Source: an uncultured Eubacteriales bacterium (GTDB taxonomy: Bacteria > Acidobacteriota > Aminicenantia > Aminicenantales > UBA8522). Taken from it: DNA of 10,854 nt. The translations under genes and the position numbers were made by a program. Under the pieces are notes generated by a model. That model saw only the letters and a list, made by a program, of their open reading frames with translations. It was not told the DNA's origin and did no database searches. The stretch's first letter is position 1. Every line of letters starts with the position of its first letter. The DNA is taken from the NCBI GenBank assembly GCA_964445305.1, contig CAYUKK010000176.1, positions 1-10,854 on the forward strand, given 5' to 3'. Below are positions 1 to 6,785 of the stretch, piece after piece.

Positions 1-75
1 CATACATTAACCTCCCCTACCCCTCTCCGCGAAAGACGCCCCCAGGAATTCTTCCTTAGCCATTAAATCCCCCTA

Positions 76-99
76 CCCCCTTTGAACAATCAAAGGGGG
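76..99. other. Perfect 8-bp stem-loop (CCCCCTTT-gaacaatc-AAAGGGGG). Possibly the terminator-like hairpin of a gene ending upstream of the window; no U-tract follows.
   Basis: Inverted repeat read directly: arms at 76-83 and 92-99 with an 8-nt loop. No T-run follows on either strand, so this is not a canonical intrinsic terminator. Confidence 0.2.
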
Positions 100-338
100 C
101 CTGAGAAAAGGTGGGCGTCTTTCGAGCAGGCCGGAGGGGAAAAATGGTCAGCGTCTCGGGTCAGGTCGGCCCCCGAACCACGCCACTCCTCGGGTGCACT
201 CGCTATCGTGATAATTTGTTACAAGATCAAGCACTTTCGCTTGATGATAATTCTCTATCCGCAAATTTGGGTATGATAGAGGATGTTGAAAGAGGGGGGC
301 GGAATCATGTATAGTCCGTAGGGAATGAAGGTCATCGG

Positions 339-1370
339 ATGAACGCCCTCGTCCTGGTCTTCTCCCTCTTTTCTCGTCTTGCCTGTCGATTAAAGAACCT
401 TATCTACGATATTCACCTCCTTCGACCCGCACGAGCTCCGCTTCCGGTCGTTAGCATCGGCAGCGTTGCTATGGGAGGAACGGAGAAAACCCCTTTGGCC
501 ATGGAAATTCTCCGCTGGCTCCTCGAACGAGGGTATCGGCCCGCCCTCGTTTCTCGCGGTTATAAAGGCGGCTGGGAGAAAAAGGGGGGCGTCGTTTCGG
601 ACGGAAAATCGGTCCTTGCGACCTGGCAACAGGCGGGCGACGAGCCTTTCCTCATCGCCCAATCGGTTCGGGAAGCGGGCGTTTTTGTCGGCAAGAATCG
701 CCTCTCTTCCTGCCTTAGCGCCTTCAACCTCGGCTTCGATATCGCCGTCCTGGACGACGGCTTCCAGCACCGCCGCGTCGGCCGCGACCTCGATATCGCC
801 ATCTATCCCTCTCCCGAAATAAAAGTTCTCCGCGAGTCTCGCCAATCCCTCGGCCGCGCCGATATCATCCTCATCAAGACTTCGATTCAGAATCCGGCGC
901 TCCCATGGCTTCGGCCATCGCCGTTTTCCATTCGCCGCTCCTCAACCCTTCCCTCGGTCCGAGAAAATATCTTCCCTTACAGCGTTGAAGCCCAGGGAAT
1001 GTGGCAACTCTGGGAAGACAAGCCCCTTCCTCAGGTAGATTTAGAAGAAGTACCCCTGGTCGCTTTCTGCGGCATCGCCAGACCCGAGCGTTTTCTTTCC
1101 CTTCTCAAAACAACCGGAGCAAGGGTCGTTTCTTCCATTTTTTTCCCCGACCACTATCCCTACCCGGAATCGTCCATAGAAAAAATTCTTGCTCGGCTTA
1201 AAACTTCAGGCGCGTCAGCGGCCGTGACAACAGAAAAGGATGCGGTCAAAATCCTTGGCCACCGCGCTCGCTTTGGAAAAATCCCCGTTTATTATCTCAA
1301 GATCCGTGTCCATGTTGACCCCGGATTCTACGCCCATCTCGAAAATTTTTTAAAAAAAGCAGCCGGATAA
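339..1370 (+). CDS. lpxK: Tetraacyldisaccharide 4'-kinase (lipid A biosynthesis)
   Basis: 343-aa ORF with ATG start and GAAGG 7 nt upstream. P-loop motif PVVSIGSVAMGGTEKTP corresponds to E. coli LpxK PVVVVGNLTAGGNGKTP. Further matches are VSRGYKGG (VSRGYGG), LDDGFQH (TDDGLQH) and TTEKDAVK (MTEKDAVK). Hydrophobic N-terminus is consistent with a membrane anchor. Confidence 0.88.
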   Translation: MNALVLVFSLFSRLACRLKNLIYDIHLLRPARAPLPVVSIGSVAMGGTEKTPLAMEILRWLLERGYRPALVSRGYKGGWEKKGGVVSDGKSVLATWQQAGDEPFLIAQSVREAGVFVGKNRLSSCLSAFNLGFDIAVLDDGFQHRRVGRDLDIAIYPSPEIKVLRESRQSLGRADIILIKTSIQNPALPWLRPSPFSIRRSSTLPSVRENIFPYSVEAQGMWQLWEDKPLPQVDLEEVPLVAFCGIARPERFLSLLKTTGARVVSSIFFPDHYPYPESSIEKILARLKTSGASAAVTTEKDAVKILGHRARFGKIPVYYLKIRVHVDPGFYAHLENFLKKAAG

Positions 1371-1400
1371 AAAATTGAAGAGCGATAGATCATAACTCCT

Positions 1401-2360
1401 ATGAAATTTATAGAAACGATGGAAATAATAAAAAATTTACCCATAGAAATCGCCCTTCTCGCCTTCCGCTCCCTGTTTTTTGTCCTTCCCCGCCGTGTCT
1501 GCCTTTGTCTCGGCCAAATAGCCGGCCACCTCTTCTTCTCCTTTGACCTCCGTCACCGCCGCATTGCCCTGGCCAACATGGAAAAAGCCTTCGGCCTGGA
1601 GCTTCCCCCCTCCAAACGCTCCCGGCTTGTCCGTCAATCTTTCCTCCATTTCGGCCAAATGCTGGCCGATATCCTCAAGTGGTCATCCCTGAGTCAAGAA
1701 AAGAGAGAAGAACTGCTTCGAGTCGAGGGCGCCGAGAACATCCACCAAGCTTTGCGTCAGGGTCAGGGCATCCTTCTCTTCTCCGCTCACTTTGGCAACT
1801 GGGAAGTAGCCAGTGAGGCCCTGGCCAAGCTGGCTCCCCTTCATGTCGTGGCCCGTCCTCTCGACAGCCGCACCGCCGAAAAGGAGCTCCTCCGCTTCCG
1901 GTCAAGCCTCGGCGCAAGAATCATTTACAAGCACCAGGCGGCAAAGCCCATCCTCCAGGCTCTTCGCCGAAACGAAATGGTGGCCATCCTCATCGACCAG
2001 AATGTTCTCCGCAGTCAGGCCGTCTTCGTCGATTTCTTTGGCCTCCCTGCCGCCACCACTCCCAGCCTGGCCTCTTTCCATCTTCGAAGCCGTGCCCCCC
2101 TCCTCCCGGTTTTCTGCTATCCCACCTCTTCCCTCTCCTACCTCGTCAAGATCTTCCCCCCGCTCGATTTCAAGCCGAGCGGCGATTGGTCGGCCGACGT
2201 ATTGAAAATCACCCAGCATTCGACTAAGATGGTCGAAGCGGAGATCCGCCGCCGACCCGAGCTCTGGTTCTGGTTCCACGACCGCTGGAAAACGAGACCG
2301 CGGTCCGAGGTCGCCCCGTCCAAGACGCTGACGCCCGATATCCAAGGAAATAGAGCTTGA
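1401..2360 (+). CDS. lpxL: Lipid A biosynthesis acyltransferase, LpxL/HtrB (Kdo2-lipid IVA lauroyl/myristoyl acyltransferase) family
   Basis: 319-aa ORF starting 30 bp after lpxK. Hydrophobic N-terminal helix. SAHFGNWE matches the H-x4-E catalytic dyad region of the Lip_A_acyltrans family. Whether it is LpxL, LpxM or LpxP cannot be told by eye. Confidence 0.7.
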   Translation: MKFIETMEIIKNLPIEIALLAFRSLFFVLPRRVCLCLGQIAGHLFFSFDLRHRRIALANMEKAFGLELPPSKRSRLVRQSFLHFGQMLADILKWSSLSQEKREELLRVEGAENIHQALRQGQGILLFSAHFGNWEVASEALAKLAPLHVVARPLDSRTAEKELLRFRSSLGARIIYKHQAAKPILQALRRNEMVAILIDQNVLRSQAVFVDFFGLPAATTPSLASFHLRSRAPLLPVFCYPTSSLSYLVKIFPPLDFKPSGDWSADVLKITQHSTKMVEAEIRRRPELWFWFHDRWKTRPRSEVAPSKTLTPDIQGNRA

Positions 2361-2368
2361 GGCAGAGG

Positions 2369-3115
2369 ATGAGAGAAAAACGTGCCCCTGACGAATTAAG
2401 GCCCGTCAAGATTCAGCTTGATTATCTCGATTACGCCCACGGCTCGGCCTTCCTCGAAATCGGCAAGACGCGAGTCATCGCCGCCGCGACCGTCGACGAC
2501 AAAGTTCCGCCCTTCCTCAAGGGTATGGGCACGGGATGGGTGACGGCCGAATACGAAATGCTCCCCTGCTCGACCGAAAAAAGGACCATCCGCGAGAGAA
2601 CCCAGGGACGGATCTCGGGCCGAAGCCAGGAAATCCAGCGCCTCATCGGGCGGGCCCTCCGCGCCGCTACCGACCTCGATTCCCTGGGCGAGCGAACGGT
2701 CATCATCGACTGCGACGTCATCCAGGCCGACGGTGGCACCCGAGTCGCCTCCGTCACCGCCGGTTGCGTCGCTCTGGCCCTCGCCTTGAAAAAACTCCTC
2801 GATGAAAAGGTCATCGACCAGATGCCCCTTCGCCATCTCGTCTGTGGGGTGAGTGTCGGCATTGTCGACGGCCAGCCACTCCTCGACCTTGACTACAGCG
2901 AGGATTCCCAGGCTGCGCTCGATATGAACGTTGTCGAAACTGACGATGGGCATCTCGTTGAGGTCCAGGCCTCAGCCGAGAAAGCGCCGTTCTCCCGGAA
3001 GGACTTGGCATCGCTCCTCCGCCTTGCCGACAAGGGCATCAAGGAACTCATCCAAATCCAGAAGGCCGCTCTCAAGAAAAAAAGCCTCCTCTTCATGGCC
3101 TACGGCCGAAGTTGA
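2369..3115 (+). CDS. rph: Ribonuclease PH (tRNA nucleotidyltransferase)
   Basis: Near-colinear match to E. coli RNase PH throughout: DELRPVKI.., [57 protein letters not shown]....DL.Y.EDS.A..DMNVV. The true start is taken as ATG 2369 (GAGG 7 nt upstream) rather than the TTG 2357 reported by the ORF track. This leaves an 8-bp gap after the lpxL-family stop. Confidence 0.93.
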   Translation: MREKRAPDELRPVKIQLDYLDYAHGSAFLEIGKTRVIAAATVDDKVPPFLKGMGTGWVTAEYEMLPCSTEKRTIRERTQGRISGRSQEIQRLIGRALRAATDLDSLGERTVIIDCDVIQADGGTRVASVTAGCVALALALKKLLDEKVIDQMPLRHLVCGVSVGIVDGQPLLDLDYSEDSQAALDMNVVETDDGHLVEVQASAEKAPFSRKDLASLLRLADKGIKELIQIQKAALKKKSLLFMAYGRS

Positions 3116-3134
3116 AGGGAAAAAGGAGGGAAGA

Positions 3135-4088
3135 ATGCGAAGGATTCTTGTCACCGGCGGGGCCGGCTTTCTCGGCAGCCACCTCTGCGAATACCTTCTC
3201 CGGGCGGGCGCGGACGTTGTCTGCGTCGATAACTTTTTTTCCGGGAGCAAGGACAACATCCGTCACCTCCTCGACCATCCCTACTTTGAGCTCATCCGCC
3301 ACGACGTCATCCACCCCCTCTTCCTCGAGGTAGACCAGATTTACCACCTCGCCTGCCCTGCTTCGCCCATCCACTACCAGCATAACCCCATCAAGACGGT
3401 CAAGACCAATGTCATGGGGACGATCAACATGCTCGGCCTGGCCAAGCGGATCAAGGCGCGCATCCTGCTCGCCTCTTCCTCGGAGGTTTACGGCGACGCC
3501 GAAGTCCATCCCCAGCCCGAAACCTACTGGGGAAATGTCAACCCCATCGGCCCCCGCAGCTGCTACGACGAAGGCAAGCGCGTGGCCGAGACACTGATGA
3601 TGGATTACTCCCGGCAGAACAATGTCGACATCCGCATCGCCCGCATCTTCAACACCTACGGCCCCCGCATGGCCATAAACGACGGCCGCGTCGTCAGCAA
3701 CTTCATTGTCCAGGCTCTTCGGGGCGAAAACCTGACTATCTATGGCGACGGCAAACAGACGCGCTCTTTCTGCTACGTCTCTGACCTCATCGAGGCGCTG
3801 GTGAAACTCATGAATAGCGAAGCAATCCGGACGCCGGTCAACCTGGGCAATCCCGTTGAATGCAGCGTTCTCGAGTTGGCCGAAATCATCCTCCGGCTCA
3901 CCCAAAGTTCATCGAGAATCGATTTCCGCCCCTTGCCCGCTGACGACCCGGCACGGCGTTGTCCCGACATTACGCTCGCCCGAGAAAAGCTGGGCTGGGA
4001 GCCCCGCGTGAGCCTGGAGGAAGGGCTTCAGAAGACGATCGCCTACTTCGAAGAAAAGCTTGAAATCAGGAACGGGCAAGGCCCGTAA
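3135..4088 (+). CDS. uxs: UDP-glucuronate decarboxylase (UDP-xylose synthase), extended-SDR NAD-dependent epimerase/dehydratase
   Basis: Start ATG 3135 ([16 protein letters not shown], Rossmann GxxGxxG) with AAGGAGGG RBS 5-12 nt upstream. The catalytic Y-x3-K is present as SCYDEGKR. Long stretches typical of UXS/ArnA-C-terminal decarboxylases are seen ([53 protein letters not shown]). The ORF-track N-extension from 2931 overlaps rph and is treated as an artefact. Confidence 0.85.
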   Translation: MRRILVTGGAGFLGSHLCEYLLRAGADVVCVDNFFSGSKDNIRHLLDHPYFELIRHDVIHPLFLEVDQIYHLACPASPIHYQHNPIKTVKTNVMGTINMLGLAKRIKARILLASSSEVYGDAEVHPQPETYWGNVNPIGPRSCYDEGKRVAETLMMDYSRQNNVDIRIARIFNTYGPRMAINDGRVVSNFIVQALRGENLTIYGDGKQTRSFCYVSDLIEALVKLMNSEAIRTPVNLGNPVECSVLELAEIILRLTQSSSRIDFRPLPADDPARRCPDITLAREKLGWEPRVSLEEGLQKTIAYFEEKLEIRNGQGP

Positions 4089-4136
4089 GAATAGCTGGGC
4101 AAGACTTAGAAATGAGAAATAAAGGTCGAGATAAAT

Positions 4137-4168
4137 TTAGATAACGGGAATGCGAAGAAATAAAAAAT
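4137..4168 (+). promoter_or_regulatory. Candidate sigma70-like promoter in the AT-rich spacer upstream of the GT2 gene (TTAGAT-N18-TAAAAAAT)
   Basis: -35-like TTAGAT at 4137-4142 and an A/T-rich -10-like TAAAAA(AT) at 4161-4168. The surrounding 80 bp are strongly AT-rich relative to the ~60% GC context. A motif match only. Confidence 0.25.
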
Positions 4169-4173
4169 AAAGA

Positions 4174-4221
4174 GATGGATGGATAGATAGATGGATGGCC
4201 GGATGGATGGCCGGATGGATA
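4174..4221. repeat. Imperfect tetranucleotide tandem repeat, 12 units of GATR/GCCG (GATG GATG GATA GATA GATG GATG GCCG GATG GATG GCCG GATG GATA). It contains a 12-bp unit GATGGATGGCCG repeated 2.7x.
   Basis: Read directly from the sequence. 10 of 12 units are GAT[G/A]. It lies between the putative promoter and the GT2 start codon. Confidence 0.9.
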
Positions 4222-4294
4222 AACGAAGAATTTCTTGGCCAACGAAGAAAAAGACGGAGGACCAACAAAGGAAGAGGAAGAAACGGGGCGCCGG

Positions 4295-4981
4295 GTGAAG
4301 CTTTCGATCATTATTCCCGTTTACAATGAAGTTCGGACGATAGAAGAAATCCTCCGCCGCGTTCAATCGGTCGACGTCGGCCTGGACAAGGAGATCGTTG
4401 TCGTCGACGACGGCTCGACCGACGGCACCCGTGCCATTCTCGAGCGGCTCGCCTCGCCCGCCGTCAAAATCCTCTTCCACGCGAAGAATCAGGGCAAGGG
4501 CGCTGCCCTCCACACCGGTTTTGCGGCCGCCACCGGCGATATCCTCCTTGTTCAGGACGCCGACCTCGAGTACGACCCAAGAGAGTATCCCAAGCTCCTT
4601 GAGCCCATCCTGGACGGCCGGGCTGATGCCGTCTATGGCAGCCGTTTCCTCGGCGGTCCCCACCGCGTCCTCTTCTTCTGGCACTACGTCGGCAACCGCA
4701 TCATCACGACCCTCTCCAACATGCTGTCCAACCTCAACCTCACGGACATGGAAACATGCTACAAGGTCTTCAAAAGAGACATCATCCGCCAGATCAGCCT
4801 CAAGTCGAAGCGGTTCGGGTTTGAGCCGGAAATTACCCAAAAGCTGGCCAAGCTGAAATGCCGGGTCTATGAAGTCCCCATCTCTTACTCTGGCCGCGAT
4901 TATGCCGAGGGGAAAAAAATCACCTGGAAAGATGGCCTGGCCGCTATCTTCCACATCCTTCGCTTCCGCTTCTTCAATTGA
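4295..4981 (+). CDS. Family-2 glycosyltransferase, polyprenyl-phosphate sugar synthase type (DPM1/ArnC/GtrB-like)
   Basis: KLSIIIPVYNE..., VVVDDGSTDGT and QDADLEYDP (DxD) form the typical GT-A N-terminus of dolichyl/undecaprenyl-phosphate glycosyltransferases. Product is ~230 aa with no C-terminal TM segments, i.e. the short soluble DPM1-like form. The start is ambiguous: GTG 4295 (giving MKLSIIIP, with G-rich RBS-like sequence upstream) or the TTG at 4235 used by the ORF track. Confidence 0.8.
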   Translation: MKLSIIIPVYNEVRTIEEILRRVQSVDVGLDKEIVVVDDGSTDGTRAILERLASPAVKILFHAKNQGKGAALHTGFAAATGDILLVQDADLEYDPREYPKLLEPILDGRADAVYGSRFLGGPHRVLFFWHYVGNRIITTLSNMLSNLNLTDMETCYKVFKRDIIRQISLKSKRFGFEPEITQKLAKLKCRVYEVPISYSGRDYAEGKKITWKDGLAAIFHILRFRFFN

Positions 4982-5231
4982 CAGCCTCCTCATCCCTCGC
5001 CCAATTCCTCATCGGCCTCGAGCCTTCGAGCCAGGGTCGTTTCCTCATTGACAGCGTTCAGGACGCCGTTGACCTTGAGCGGAGGCCGCACGATCTCACC
5101 CCCTAACGTTTTGTTTCTTTACGGCGTGGCCCAAAATTGCCCATAGGAAATGACGATCGACACAATACGCTTGCCTTTCTTACGGATAGGCGAGATAGGG
5201 AACGCACTTGAGGCGTGGCGTCGCGGGCGGC

Positions 5232-5260
5232 TTGACTTTCCTTTGGCCATAAATATATTA
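5232..5260 (+). promoter_or_regulatory. Strong sigma70-like promoter for the flotillin gene: TTGACT-N16-TATATT
   Basis: -35 TTGACT at 5232-5237 (5/6 consensus) and -10 TATATT at 5254-5259 (5/6), with a 16-bp spacer, in an AT-rich patch. The predicted ~80-nt 5'UTR contains a GTTTCG-caat-CGAAAC stem-loop (5283-5298) and a GGAGGAGG RBS (5333-5340) 5 nt before the ATG at 5346. Confidence 0.5.
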
Positions 5261-5345
5261 TTTTTATTTCATTTAGCTACTTGTTTCGCAATCGAAACGG
5301 GCGAGTCATCTCCACGACCAAAGGAATGATTCGGAGGAGGTCATC

Positions 5346-6755
5346 ATGAGCCTTGTCTCCTGGCTTATCATCATCGGCATCATCGTCGTCCTCCTGGCAC
5401 TCATCATCATCGTTCTGGCCATCCAGTACCGCAAGGTCGGGCCTAACGAAGTCTTGATTATCTCGGGCGGCCGGAAGAGGACGGTCACTGCTCCGGACGG
5501 GACCAAAGTCAAGGTCGGCTACCGCTACCGCCTTGGCGGCGGCACATTTGTCATCCCCTTTGTCGAAACCGTCTACACCCTCCCCCTCGACGTCGTCACC
5601 CTGAACATCCGCACCCCTGAAGTCCTGACCCACAGCGGTGTGCCCATCATGGCTGAGGCCACGGCTCAGGTCAAAATCGATTCCTCGGACTCAGCCATCC
5701 GGCTGGCAGCCGAACAGTTCCTGGGCACGGGAAAAGAGGGTATTCGGGATGTCTCCCTCAACGTCCTCGAGGGGAAGATGCGGGAAGTTATCGGCACCAT
5801 GACCGTCGAGGAGATTTACCGCGGCCGTCATGAGTTCAATTCTCGCGTCGCTGAGGCCATCCGTGACGATTTCGCCCGCATGGGCTTGGTCATGCTCTCC
5901 TTCACCCTCAAGGACATCAGCGATACCCAGGGCTACCTGGATTCCCTGAGCAAGCCGCAAATCGCTGCTGCCAAGAGGGACGCCGCCATCGCTGAGGCCG
6001 AAACCGAGAAAGAAGCAGTCATCAAGTCCTCCCAGGCGCGCAAAGAGGCAGAGGTGGCCCGCCTCGCCGCTGAAGCCCTTATCGCCAAGGCCCAATGGGA
6101 AAACGAGGCCAAAAAAGCAGAATCCCAGGTCGCCGTCAACCAGAAGAAAGCCCAGGCCGATTTCTCCTACGAGCTCGAACGGTTCCGCCTCAGCCAGCAG
6201 ATCAAGAAAGAAGAGGCCAAGATGAAGGCCATCGAGAAGGAGGAGGCCATCAAGATCGAAGAGCTCGAAATCGCCCGGCGCGAGAAAGAGCTCGAATCGA
6301 GCGTCATCAAGCCGGCCGACGCCCGCAAGTACCAGATCAAGGCCGAAGCAGAAGCCGAGGAATTCCGCATCCAGGCCGAAGCCAAAGGTAAAGCTGAGGC
6401 TCTCCGCCTCGAGGGTGAAACCGAAGCCGAACTCTTGAAAAAGAAGGGCATGGCCGAGGCCGAGGCGATGCTGAAGAAGGCCCAGGCCTGGGAAAAGTAC
6501 AATCAGGCCGCCATCCTGGAAATGTACTTCCATATCCTTCCCGAGCTGGCCAAAGCCGTCTCCGAGCCGCTCTCCAAAGTGGATAAAATCGTCGTCGTCG
6601 GTGGCGGCGACAAGAGTCTCGGCACGACCAAGATCACGGCCCAGGTGGCTGAAATCCTTTCCCAGATGCCCGAGGTCGTCAAGTCCTTGACCGGAGTTGA
6701 CCTCAAGAAATACCTGAAGGAAAAGCTGACGCCGGAAGAAAAAGAAGAGAAATAG
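5346..6755 (+). CDS. floT: Flotillin-like SPFH/band-7 membrane scaffold protein (FloT/YuaG-type)
   Basis: N-terminal TM helix [20 protein letters not shown] followed by [15 protein letters not shown] (flotillin signature entry into the SPFH domain). It has a long C-terminal coiled coil with E/A/K-rich flotillin repeats ([43 protein letters not shown]). 469 aa. Confidence 0.85.
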   Translation: MSLVSWLIIIGIIVVLLALIIIVLAIQYRKVGPNEVLIISGGRKRTVTAPDGTKVKVGYRYRLGGGTFVIPFVETVYTLPLDVVTLNIRTPEVLTHSGVPIMAEATAQVKIDSSDSAIRLAAEQFLGTGKEGIRDVSLNVLEGKMREVIGTMTVEEIYRGRHEFNSRVAEAIRDDFARMGLVMLSFTLKDISDTQGYLDSLSKPQIAAAKRDAAIAEAETEKEAVIKSSQARKEAEVARLAAEALIAKAQWENEAKKAESQVAVNQKKAQADFSYELERFRLSQQIKKEEAKMKAIEKEEAIKIEELEIARREKELESSVIKPADARKYQIKAEAEAEEFRIQAEAKGKAEALRLEGETEAELLKKKGMAEAEAMLKKAQAWEKYNQAAILEMYFHILPELAKAVSEPLSKVDKIVVVGGGDKSLGTTKITAQVAEILSQMPEVVKSLTGVDLKKYLKEKLTPEEKEEK

Positions 6756-6785
6756 CCTCCCGGAAGGCCCAAGGAGAGGCACGCC

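Noticed and set aside
2931-3134. N-terminal 68-aa extension of the UXS ORF reported by the ORF track
   Set aside because: The extension is R/S/P-rich junk and overlaps the 3' end of rph. The canonical [16 protein letters not shown] start at 3135 has a strong RBS.
3093-3905. 270-aa − strand ORF antisense to the UXS gene, and 295-aa − strand ORF (4106-4993) antisense to the GT2 gene
   Set aside because: No motifs, and both overlap well-supported + strand genes. The 4106-4993 ORF translates the tetranucleotide repeat as SIRPSIRPSIYLSIHLF, which is not protein-like.
4071-4083. CGGGC-aag-GCCCG hairpin overlapping the UXS stop codon, considered as a terminator
   Set aside because: Only a 5-bp stem, with no following U-tract (it is followed by TAAGAATAGCTGG). 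It is insufficient for an intrinsic terminator call.
5150-5329. 59-aa small ORF ([59 protein letters not shown]) in the GT2-flotillin spacer
   Set aside because: It is below typical size, has no convincing RBS, and reads straight through the predicted flotillin promoter and 5'UTR. It is most likely non-coding, but could be checked by ribosome profiling.
5691-6782. 363-aa − strand ORF antisense to the flotillin gene
   Set aside because: The translation is low-complexity L/G/F repeats, the mirror image of the flotillin E/A/K coiled coil. It is an antisense artefact.
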